This document shows, piece by piece, positions 1 through 12,900 of a DNA stretch of 64,000 bases (position 1 is the stretch's first letter; every line of letters begins with the position of its first letter). Under the pieces are notes generated by a model, which saw only the letters and a list, made by a program, of their open reading frames with translations, was not told the origin of the DNA and ran no database searches. The stretch spans positions 8,990,001 through 9,054,000 of the forward strand of contig CM022665.1 of the NCBI GenBank assembly GCA_012295275.1, in the 5' to 3' direction. Source of the DNA: Chrysomallon squamiferum. Lineage: Eukaryota; Animalia; Mollusca. The translations under genes were made by a program, and so were the position numbers.

Positions 1-936
1 GATGAGGAAAGATTTTACTTTATGTGTGTGTACCTGCTTTTGATTTGGAAGATGGGGAAAAATCAAGTTAATAGTGTAACTAACTGAAACATTTTTGGCA
101 TGATTTATGTTGTATACAAATACACTTCCTTAGACTAAAGGAACTTACAAACAAAAGCTGTGATGAATTGCTGTCTTGAAGAGCCTATCACTAAATGAAG
201 TAGTCAGATTGTGATAATGGCCAACATTTGGTCACTACATTATTGCTTCAAACCATAGTGTGGTTAATGAGTTATCCAGAATACAGGTAGCAGTTCTCAG
301 TATCAGGTTTTAGGGAAAACATTCTGGCTCTGTTTTGTTAAAGCTTAAAATAGATGAAATTCTGTTACTTTGATGGAAGCTGAATATTTCAGATTATTCT
401 AAATTGTGAGATAGTTATCTTTGAATTTCCCCATAAAAAGTAAAATTTTGTTTGAGTTACAGAGTGATAATAGTACTGTATTCTGTACACACCATTATGT
501 ATCATGTGAATATTAATAAATAATTTATTTTTATTTTTTTATATGAGTTGGTATTAAATCATTTTGTTTTGGATAGTTGTCATAGTGCAGCTGAAAGGTT
601 GTTAGTAATAAAAGGTTTTATTCTTCAGTTTGCTGATTTATTTGTTATACACACAGAGAATAATTTAACTAGAAAAAAATTAATAATAATTAAGTAACAA
701 TCACACCTTATTATTTAAATCTAAATTCCTAAATGAGAAGATGAATGATTGCTTTGTAAATTTGTAGTTTTACTAATTTCATTGCAAAACTTTTTCTTCT
801 TCTATATTTTATATTTATACAAAATCTAACTGTATTTTTTGAAAAATGGGAAAACAAAAAAACAAAAACAAAATATAAAATTAATAAATAGTAAACAAAG
901 GTAGACTATATGCTGTTTTTTTTAAATATTTTGTAG

Positions 937-1053
937 GAAATATTGAATACTCCTGTCCAGCCAATGGTGACTGTGAAATTACTAAGCGAAGGCGAAAGGC
1001 TTGTCAAGCTTGTAGATTTCAGAAATGCTTAACAGTTGGCATGCTCAGAGAAG
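937..1053 (+). CDS. ERR: ERR exon: second zinc finger of the DNA-binding domain
   Basis: ttgtag|GAAAT...GAAG|gtaggt; 117 nt; [30 protein letters not shown]. Confidence 0.97.
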
Positions 1054-1758
1054 GTAGGTTTTATCAATTTATTTAATGATTGTTTCATTCAAATGATTTA
1101 CGAACATAAATGAAAAAGACAGAAGAATTATATTTGTTTTTTATAATCTATATATATTTTATGACAATTTGCAAACATGTTTTCAGCTCGCCTTTGGATT
1201 GAACAAAGTAAGCTTTTTCCATGTAATTATTTTCACATTAATTGTGTATGAACAATAGAATGATGTTTCACAAGTGATTGAGGACAAGCTGCAAAATAAA
1301 ACTTATTCATTAATCCAGATTATTTTCCACAAAATCAGTATTTTATGTATACAAGAAAATTTACATTACAAAATACTTTAGATGTTTCAGCAAATTTACC
1401 TTACTTGGGGAGAATTTTTTTTAGTTTTTTTAATCTTTTTTTTTTTAATACAGTTATAATATCTGTTGCTTATTTATGAGCAAAGTCCATTGTTACTCTG
1501 AACTGGCTGCTTAAATGGTGCATAAAGTGTATCCACCCTTTCTGGTCATTGACCTTTAAATGCATGTCAGCCAACATTCATAGCAGGCAACATTAAAACA
1601 GAAAGGAAATCACAAGCGTAGATAATTCTGTAATCTTTAGAAGAAAGCTGGTTTGAGGTTATGTGGTCAAAAACCATCCATTGAATATCTGGTAACACAG
1701 CTGTATTTTTATTTGTTATATGTGTGTGTGTGTGAGTATGTCTCTGTGTCTGTCTGTC

Positions 1759-1789
<31 letters not shown>

Positions 1790-1807
1790 GTTTGTGTTTG
1801 TGTTTGT

Positions 1808-1863
<56 letters not shown>

Positions 1864-4800
1864 AAGACCATTAAGGATTAAATAATTTAACTTGATAGAA
1901 GTCTTTATTAATTAATTATAATAAAGCTGTTTGGAAATCATTGGGGTTTTAATTAATAAGGGTCATTCAAATCAAATCAAAAAAAAAAGAAATTTAAACC
2001 CGACCGTCTCAGATTTTTATAAAACTTGGTATACTTGTTGACTGGGATCCCACAGCACCAAATCTAACATTTTAGCTCAATCAGACCAGTGGTGTGGGAG
2101 ACACGGCCCACGGAATTTTGAGATTTTTGCCAAAAATGGGTGTGACCACCAACCTTAGAACCATCAAATCTCAGGAACTACTGGGCCAATCTTCATAAAA
2201 TTGGTATTGTCAGAAAGGCAAAATGACAAGGATACCAAATCTGCCATTTTTGTTTAGTTTGGAAAATATTGGAGTACCTTGACCTTTTGACCTTTGCTAT
2301 GACCTTGAAATTGACCGTGTGGATCACGTGATCTTGAGATGACCTTTATTGAAATTTAATCTCCTACATGTTAACTAAAACATATAAAAGTTTCCTGGGT
2401 GTAGTATTTTTTGTTTAGCGACAATATAGATTTAAAAAATGCACATACCTGAAAATAACACGTTTACAGCCATTAACATCTGATTAACTAAAACCTGAAT
2501 GATCAATTCTGGATGCTAGGGATCACCATCTTTCTTGATCATCTAGTAAGACATTGAAGGCCTACATGTATGTATAAAGTTCACATAAATTTGAGAGAAC
2601 TAGGTGTTTCTGATGCTTAACCTTCTCACTATGTTTGTTTCAAATGCTCACTGTATCCTTCATTCCCAGACACATTCTACTGTTCTCATCACTTTCATAA
2701 AATTGGATTATTTCCTCCTTCAATTCATTGTCCTTTCAATGGTAAAGGTTGACAAAATCAAGATTTGCACACAGCTCTGGGTAGGATTCAGACATTAAGA
2801 TGTCATTTTAATGTTACTGTAGCTGATGCTAGTTTTTTCTGTCCTTTCATTCATTTACTGGAATGTGCTAGTGAATGGAGTTTGACAGGCGTTTTAAACT
2901 CAACAGAATAGAATTCAAATCAAAGTCCTTTTCTGGGGAAACAACAACCAGCGGTTTGTCTGGCAAGTTATCACCAAATTCTCCCATTGTAGTACCACCC
3001 ATACTAAAGCCATCCTCTGCAGGACCTTTGATTTCTGAAGGGTAATCAGACAGTCACAGCACAACTTGTCTCCTGGCACTAGTGTCTTTGGAGGATTTAC
3101 TAAGCATTTGTAAGTGCCCATGCTAACAATTCTTAAAGATCTAGTGTGCTTGCTGAGGGTGGCGATTAAGGGGATCACAACAGTTTTTTCTGCGATGTTG
3201 AAAATTTGATGAAAAGTTCTTGTTCATGATACTCTTGATGTCCCGTGTTTTGATCCCACTTCAAAGAGTGAGGAGTTCGATTTCCTCAGTTTTCCATACA
3301 CTTCGCAACAACTCCTTTTTGATATGATGGTGTTGATAACACACATTTTTAGGAGAGTTAAAGCTGCAGTTAGCTCTGGAAGAAATAAGGATTTTCAGTA
3401 CTGGCCTGCACCTTCAGTTCAATAGAACAAAGTCAGTGCTTTCCTAAATATTAAATCAAATCCTGAAACCCTTTCAGTAAAGTTAAGCAGGTCATAAAAA
3501 TGGCAGCAGAGTACATGTGTTATTGCCAAAGGCCCACAAGTCTTAGGCATTTATGTCAATCTTCTCAAGTATAAATCACAGTTTATTAAGGTGAAGTAGA
3601 CCTTATTCATAATCTGTGCCGAAGACTTGGTGTACAAATACATTATGCAGTACATCACTTGATGACATCTGATTTCAGACTGGGTTGTACTGTTGACTGA
3701 AACCTTGTTCAAAACCAATGGCAAGGCCCACATGACATGATAAAATTACTTAACAGGTTTTATGAAATAAAAATATTGTTTATATATCAACATCTGACAT
3801 TGTGTCCAACTTAAAAAGCTTCAGATTGTCAAAGAAATGCAGATGAAGAAACTTCTTTGTCTTAAACTTCAAATTGCCATGTGCTCAATGGGGATTGCAC
3901 CAGGGAATCTAAAGAAGTTCCTGACCTGCCTGAAGCATTACTTCCTGTTAACCCTTTGAGCCTGATTGTGTAGAACATGTCATGCCATTTGGCATCTTTT
4001 CATATCCTTCAGACATGTCAGGTGGGTTTTAACTCCAAAGATGAGTTTTTAGTCTCAGAGAAAATGTACATTGTAATGCATTGTATCAATCATCCATGCA
4101 GGTATGCATTTTTTTAAATCTCTATTAAGGCTAAACAAAAAATATTATACCCAGGAAACTTTTATATGTGAACTTTATGCATACATGTAGGCCTACAATG
4201 TCTTACTCAGTGATCAAGAGAGATGGTGATTCTTAGCATCCAGAATTGATCATTCAGGTTTTAGTCAATCAGATGTTAATGGCTGAAAAGGTGTTATTTT
4301 CAGGTATGTGCATTTTTAAATCTATATTGTGCTAAACAAAAATATTACACCCAGGAAACTTTTATATGTTTTAGTTAACATGTGGGAGATTAAATTTCAA
4401 TAAAGGTCATCTCAAGATCACGTGATCCACACGGTCAATTTCAAGGTCATAGCAAAGGTCAAAAGGTCAAGGTACTCCAATATTTTCCAAACTGAACAAA
4501 ATTGGCAGATTTGGTATCCTTGTCATTTTGCCTTTCTAACAATACCAATTTTGTGAAGATTGGCCCAGTAGTTCCTGAGATTTGAGGGTTCTAAGGTTGG
4601 TGGTCACACCCATTTTTGGCAAAAATCTCAAAATTCCGTGGGCCGTATCTCCCACGCCACTGGTCTGATTGAGCTAAAATGTCAGATTTGGTGCTGTGGG
4701 ATCCCAGTCAACAAGTATACCAAGTTTCATAAAAATCTGAGACGGTCGGGTTTAAACCATTGGGTGATTTGACACGGAATGACCCATAAGTAAATATAAG

Positions 4801-6890
4801 TTTGGGTTTTGGGTTAGAATTAGATTTTAGTATGTTTGGATTATTGAGGTGAGATTGCCATCAAAATGATAGTTTTTATTTGAAATCGGCTTCAGTAGCA
4901 GATTATTATAGGGTTGCTATATATATATATATAAAAAGTAATTATTGATGTTGATGCCTAGACAGAATTCACATATTATCATCTGAAATATGAAATGTTT
5001 TTTAAAATAAAGTATTAATAATATTCCAATATTATTAAATGATATAAAAATGTGATGTTACCAGTGTCACATTTTTATATACATTTATCTATTGCCTTTC
5101 ACAATAACAATGATGGAATTCCAGTAATGTCAAACTAAATCGGTTGTCTGGTTTTAACTGCAATGTCAGTAATAGCAGCTGAGACCACTGACCCTTATTA
5201 ATAATAGAAATGTAATTGTGCTTATGTTCTGTGCATTTTCTAGAGTTCTACTATTCTTCCTTAACTGACAGTTATGGTTACCTTTAAAACTAAATAAAAA
5301 ATTAACTAAAGTACTAATAATTATTTTAACTGAGAGGAATTTATTTATTTTTTATTTTTTTTAAATTTCAACATATCTGTGAAAAGTATGTAGGTGTAAG
5401 AAGTCCTGGTGTCAGCAATTTATCTTGCATGCAGCAGAGTATTGATCTGAGTATGGAATCCTGTTTTAGAATTCACTCTTGCTAGCACTGTCTGCGGGAA
5501 TGTAATCAAAAGGTCACTTGCAGAGTAAAGTCTGTTTCTGGCATCCAGGTGATATCGATTTTCAGCTTACCAAGTAAAAATACCAGTGTTTCTTGATAAC
5601 AAAAAAATATATATCAGTTTTAAGTAGTTATTTTTTTAATGCAGTCATATTTATTAAATTGATTTAACATTCCTGTTTTGGAATTTTAATTAAAAAACAA
5701 ATAAAACCAGTCTGTTAGGTAATTAATAGCAATAATGCTTATTTATTTTTAAACAGGACATGATTAACGTTCATTATCAGTATCATTAATTTTATATGTC
5801 ATGGAATAGAAAGTTTTATCCAATCATTTCAGCAAATCTGAAAAGAAAAATTTATTTCAAAGGTTAAAAACAAAACTGCCACCAGAAATTAACAACATGT
5901 CTAATTCTAATAATTATTTAGAATTGCCTTTTTGGCAGAAACATGTGACTGCATGTTGTAAACAAATTTGAAATAAACAAATCTCATTATTGGCAAACCA
6001 GGCATTAAAATCTCCATTGGTATTTTAGTTTATTAAAAAGAAAATGTCTGAAAGGCAATTGATTTTATGATTTGGTAAATGGCAAAAACATTTTAGGATA
6101 TGCAGTTGTTAATTCTATTGTTTTTGGTGGTTTTTTCAATTACTATGTCCCTGTTGAACTGAAAATGGATACTGGTTTTCTATGACAAGTAAAACTGTAA
6201 TTGTTAAAACACTGGTTAGAAGTAAAAACATTAAGCCATTTTATATTAATTGTTAGCTCATATGGTTTATCCTGTTTACAAGATATTTGTTGGATTAGGT
6301 CGTCACCATATTTTTCAAATTAATTATACAAACTCTACATAACATTGTTAATTAAATAAAACTTGAAAATTATAGAAATCCACAGGATATATTCATTACT
6401 GATTAAGTCACTGGAGTAGGTTTGGGTGGGGCCCTTATGTGAAGATGCTGTATCATATATGTCTGCTTGCATTTCCTCTGAATAATTTAAAATGCTGAAG
6501 AACTTTAAGACTGCCAAACAAAACAACAACAATATGGAGGTGTTTGATATTTTGGAGCATATATTGACAATTCCAGTATGTCATCAGTAACCAAAAAACC
6601 TACTGACCTGCATTTACAGTGTGTAGGTTAAAGCAATAGCAACAGTACTGAATCACTTTTTAAAGCTTAATTTTTCAAGACTAATCTATTATATTAATTT
6701 TATCAAAGCAATTACAATGTTTATTTTGTAGAAAGTAGTATTCCCAAACGCAGTGAGCTACAATTATTCTAGTGCAAGCAATTAAGTCTCTGACAAGAAA
6801 TTCAACTTTTACTATATGAACACAGGCTTCTGTCATATTTTCCCATTCAACCATTAATTTGCTATAGGCTAAGTGTAAGTCTAAAACTTC

Positions 6891-6926
<36 letters not shown>

Positions 6927-9900
6927 GATAGTTTATTACCAAGTTGAGTAAAACAGATATTGTACATAAAACTTAGACTAATACAATCTCAGGCAAATCT
7001 CTAGTTTTATCTGTGAACGAGATAGATAACACACCTTAAAAAGATGCACCTTCTACCTTGCTATTTTTGTTCTCAGAATAGGAATGTGGAATTACGAATA
7101 AAGTTCTTCATGCAAAGAATTGTTGTTGTAGTAATAGTAAACTTGTAACCTTTAGAATTACTGGGTAGCATCTGTTGAAGGTATCTTGATACATGTTCTC
7201 CTTATATAAGATCATTTTTGTGCAAATGTCAAAGGTATTTCTTGATGGAACATGGAATCAGTTAAATATATAAAATTATAAACAATTTTCTGTCATTAGT
7301 TTAGGATTGTATCTGAACATTAAAAGGTTTTTGTCTTTATAATGATGTTAATTTTTAGAAGATGTGATTATTACCAGTTAAGTTTTATCTAAAATGCTAC
7401 TAATTCAAATGTAAGGGAAATAAACATACACTGCATTGTCATTATTCTTGTTGTAATCACATTAGAATACACAGTATTTTCAGATTGATTTTAGACATGA
7501 AAAATATTTGAATGGCTAAAGGATTTGATTAATTAAGCTTTTAGTAATACCTTTGTCACAAATCAAAAAGTATCTTTAAGCATCTAAAAGCAAATACATA
7601 CATACATACATTATTTAAAGTAGTAAACACTGACATTAAAATTACAAAACTGCATAAATTGTTTGATTTAATTAACAAAATAGCTGTAATAATAATGAGA
7701 AAGGCAGAATAAATAAAATAAAATTATTTGAAATTGATTCATATTTAATATGTAAACAGAAAATAGATTTTTAAATTAATGTTTAGAAACATGACTATAA
7801 TATTATGTCTGAGGTAAAAATAAGTAATAAATATCAAAAACCTTCAATGATACTTCATTATTTAAAATTTGGTAATGATGTTTTAATAACAATACTGAAT
7901 GTCTGCAGCATTAATTTAAATTTAAAAATTTATTTTGACTGTTATTTTTGCTTAACCCAGTAATGTTGAAGATGTTAAAAATAACAAGGAGAATGAAATG
8001 ACCTATATAACCTCTGTGCTATATATAACACACAGTGTATAGAGCATCACATGATGGTTGAAGGTGATTTTTTTTTGTTCAGTATACATGGAAATTTTTC
8101 CTTTGCTGAGAAACACTTCTGTAATTTGGTTTTGCCTTAAAGACAACTAGCTCAGTGATTGAAACTATGGATGAATGATCTTTTTAAAAAGAGAATTATT
8201 CCCACTCAATTAAGAAGGCACGTTTACCTTATTGCATCAGAATGGTCTAGTTTCAAGGCTGTCAATAACTAATGATGCAACCGGTAGCACACATGGACTG
8301 AGACAGGGTTAAAATGGGAGAGCATGCTTACTGTAAGTAACTGTTTTATTTTTTCACTTTTCTTTTACACTTGTTTCTTTTAAAAATGTTCATTTGTTCT
8401 TGCCTATATTTTAAGGTGTTCGCCTTGACCGTGTTCGGGGTGGGAGACAGAAATACAAAAGAAATCCCTCCGACAGCCAGTCAGATGTTGTTCAGCCATT
8501 CTTTCCAGTAATAAAAAGAGCCTGTGTAGATAGTAAGTTGATATCAAACTTATTTCTTGTCAACTTTATATCTTTTTTTAAAGGTTTAATTTAAGTTCAA
8601 CTACATGTACATGTACTTAATATATAGTTTGAATTTTTTTTTTTCTTAGAAGTATTGAAGTTGAAATAAATGAATAATTTATATCCTAAACCAGTGTTTG
8701 TTTAATTTTCCATGTGCAGACAGTAATTGTAGGTGTGAATAGTAGGTATTTATGTTCTATTTTCATATAACATATTGTCTGTGATTAACAACTGAATTAC
8801 TGGGATACTTCCTAAATTCATTTCTAATTACAAATGTATAGATACTTTATGAAATAAAAACATTTTCAGTGTATTTATAAAAATTTTCTTTTCTAAATGT
8901 TTTAATGGAAAAAGCTCCCACAAAAATGGTGTATTTTGTTTCTTAGCTTTTTTGTGCAGCTTTATGGAAGAAAATTGTTATATAGCTTCACTTACACGAT
9001 AAAAATAAAATTCATTAAATAAAAAGTAAAAATAAGACTGTATTACAGTTGAGTACAAAATATTCAAAAACTACTTGCCCATTACTGAAATTGTTAAAAT
9101 TGCAGAGCATTTAGTTGTGTTAGCAAAGTCTTAGTTTGTCTGTCTGTGTATTGATTAACTGTTAAGAGATAAAGGAAAAAAATAATTTTATTTCTGTAAT
9201 TTTTCTATATTTTTAGAATTAACAGTAGAACATCTACTACCCACAAAAATAAATATGATGCATTTATAATAATAATAATAATAAACAACAGTAGTAATTT
9301 AAAAAAAACATTTTATCATAATGAGTCCTTTTTTTTTATTTTGCCAAAAAGGAAATAATGAATTAAATCTGTCACATTTGACATGCATGTATGTAACCTG
9401 GCACATTTTTTCAGCATTGAATACATGGAATTTTCTGTTGCACTGCTTTGTGCTATCAAAGTTTTTCAACTGAAATAGCGGGTATGTGTGTTTGTGAAAA
9501 CTCCATAGCCATCTTCAGAGGTGACTTTTGAGCAGTAAAACTGATTCACTATATTATATCTAATGGTTCTTTAACCCTATATTAACATTGAAAGTTTCTT
9601 TTATAGATAATATAAATAACATATTTGTATTATATTATGTATCAACAATATTTAATATTAAATTTCAATTGTAATAATAAAAAGTAAATATTAATTATAA
9701 TAATAATAAATCCTCTTTGATTTAAGATTTTATTTAAACTTGTAAAAATGATAAAAATAAGTAATATATTTTCAAAAGGACAATGTTAGACATAATGATT
9801 TCTGTCTGCCAACATAAAATATTTTTCTGAAACTTTATGTATATAATTTATTGAAGGTATTGAATTCAGTCTGATTAAACTACATATAGTCTGAGTTCAC

Positions 9901-12900
9901 TACATGATTTATTTATATATACATATGTACGTATGTATGTGTATAAATGAAGTATAAATAAATTACAAAAAAAAAAAAAAATCCAATCAATGAATACAGT
10001 CAAAATATATTTAAATACATCTTTTATTCTAATTTTTTTGCATGCATTTTATGCTGAGCCCAGTGTAAAGAAGTTTTAAGTTTTTCCTTTGTTTTAGTCC
10101 AAAGTTTTAACAATACTTTATTTGTATCCAAATTAAATATGCTTTATGTGAACTATCACAGTCTTTCTTCACTCAGTGTACTCTGTGTAAGTCTAGCATG
10201 ACTGGGCAATCTCACAGCTGTGCTACCACTTGTGGGTTGCTGGCCTTTAAATGGGTCACCTACTTGAAGTTCTAGTAAGCTCCACAATCAGCCTGTTGAC
10301 TGTGGAGTGTAATTTTATACATGTATACGTGACCTTAAACTTGGGATCTGTCATTGTCTGGACTCAGTGTAGTAATTTTTACCAATTATTGTTTTTGCTC
10401 GGTTTTTTAACCTCTCTTGTTAACTTGAAAATATTTTTTTAATGTTCTTGTACTTATTCGCTTGTACAAAAATAAAACTGGACACTTTTGGTAAGTGCCA
10501 TGTATGTTGTTCAAGTTCATAAACATTTTACTGATTAAGTGGGTTTGGTTTAATGAACATATCTTTTTGACCTTGTGTAAATGTTTCCAAGGTTAGTACA
10601 TTTAAAACAAGCGAGACATTTAAAAATTTGTCTGTGTTCAGTTTATATTTTGACATGAAATAACTGTACAAGCGTGTCACTGAACATCATGCATTTATTG
10701 CTAAAGTGGATTTACCTCAAGTTTTCAGTCAGCTTAGGGGTTTAAACAAACCAACACTGAGCAACCAATTATGGCAAATGGAGAAAGAAGCACACTGTGC
10801 TCTTTTACAAAGGTGATCCCAGTGAGATTTGAACCAGTAACTCTGGATGTGAAAGGTTAGTGCTTCAGCAGGCCTATTCACAGCTTTGTTGAAAAATACA
10901 AATGTGCAACAGTTTAGATTACTTGCATGTACTAAACAATTTTTCACTTCACAGAGTGGCATTGCTGTTTTGATGAGCTATAGATTTGTGCTGGCTTATC
11001 TTTCATCAGCACAGGTGTCCAGTTATTTGCAGCAGTGGAAAATTTGGGCCACATGAATGGGCACATAAACATTTTATTGCTGGTTTTTAATTCTTCTGTT
11101 ACTTGAATGCAGGGATGGATGTCTGGTTTCTTTTTAAAAATATTTTTTTTACAAAAGGAATTTCATTATCAATATTATTTCTTTATTTTTCTAAAAAAAT
11201 TCTGCTTTTTAATCTGCTTCATCAGCTTTTAAAGCAGTTATTTAAATTCCCATTAATGGTCTTAAATTAAAAATAAAATTAAAACATTCAGGCAATATTA
11301 AACACTGTGCTCAGCAAATATTTTTGTGTAAAAAAATATAATACATAAATACATCACATTTCCATACACATCTTCACATAATTCATTTATCATCACTTAT
11401 GCATGAATACATATACATACACTAATACATAAATACACTGCATGATAGCCTTTTCATGTAATGTGTAAACATTTTTATTTAAATTATATTTATTTATTTT
11501 TAAAATTCTTTGTTCTTATGTTTCCAGTCAGGGAATAATTTGTTCAGTACAACAGCAGTTGTCCTGTTTAATTAAAAACTCAAAAGTTGTGTCAAGCTTT
11601 GAATTTTTTTTTTTTTTCTTTTGTTTTCTTTTTTTAAATCCTGTGCAAAATACTGAAATAAACAATTTGTATAATGAGATGCAGAATTAACAAACAAGCA
11701 AATTATTCCCTATCAAATTATAATAATGTAGCAATGTACAAATTTTGTTAATGTACATGTAGTTAATGTTATTCCCGGGAGTGTCTGTGTTCAGTTCAGT
11801 GGACATGGCTGGAAATCCATTGAACAAGCAGCACTCTTATTAATTTGCTAGTCCATTTGTTACAGCACTGGGCCAGGACAACAAGATCCTCAATACTTTG
11901 TTGGCTTTAGAATCACAACTTGACAAGTTGTATGCTGGTGCAGATGATGGAAAACTGCCAGATGATGAGGTGAAATTCATGGCAACAGTGTCTGATCTGG
12001 CAGATCGAGAGCTTGTCATGACAATCAGCTGGGCCAAGCAAGTACCAGGTTGGTGTCTTAAATGAACCAGTAACACATAACCTTGTAGATGTACTTGGAT
12101 ATGCAATTTCTTTTTAATACCTTTGATTGTGTATTGTGAAGAGCTGTAGCTTAAGAGTACAAGATTGATCGGTAACTGGTTATACAGTTAATAATCCTTT
12201 TTGCACCCAATGGATGCTTCCCATTATTTTAAGCATCTCATGTTATCTCTATCATTGGCCATGATACCCATTTTCCAGCCTCTTGGAAAATGCATCTAAC
12301 AGATCGTTCTACTTAAGTAACCCCTTAGTGGATTTCGTCTCTAAACACATTATTCAAGATTATGTATGAATGATACCTAATAAGTTATGAATAAAAGATG
12401 GTTAATGTTGATGGTATTAAACACTGATTCATTTCATTTAATAGATTAAATCTAATTTGAATGGGGTATTTAGTATTTAAAAAAAAATAAAAAAATGTTT
12501 TTTGTATTTCTTTCTAATTTCTTTTTAAATCACTTGTGTTTTGAAAGTATAGCTTCTCTGTAATACATCTGAACTCAAGTATAACATTAAATAACTGTAA
12601 ATTTTCATTAAATATTTATGATGGTTTCTTTTTAATCTTAGGATTTGCAAACCTTTTGCTGTCAGACCAGATGAATTTGCTGCAGCATTCCTGGTTGGAG
12701 ATACTTTATCTAAATCTTGTGTTCAGATCTTGCCCATATTCTGGCACAATCAACTTTGCAGAAGATCTAAAAGTGAATGCTGATATGGCCCAGACATTCA
12801 ACATCCCAGCAGAGCTGGGCAATTTAACAAGAAAACTGTGCAAGAAGTTCACACATTTAGGTGTGAGTAAAGAGGAATTTGTGCTCCTGAAAGCAATAAC

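Larger units (their letters stand above)
1960..4785 (-). mobile_element. Non-autonomous, internally deleted Sola2-like DNA transposon
   Basis: Termini GGGTCATTC...GAATGACCC; 4-bp target duplication ATAA (1956-1959 and 4786-4789); TIRs at about 1960-2587 and 4165-4785; degraded transposase on the minus strand. GRG...CYC termini, 4-bp TSD and long TIRs fit the Sola2 group (family call from recalled features). Confidence 0.85.

Noticed and set aside
5470-5548. Exon-like segment in the ERR intron (ttttag|...cag|gtgata)
   Set aside because: Contains an in-frame stop and shows no nuclear-receptor similarity; at most a poison exon, with no support
10963-11014. Imperfect hairpin containing tttgatgagc, reminiscent of the miR-2 3' end
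   Set aside because: The miR-2 seed (atcacag) is not at the proper position and the stem is weak
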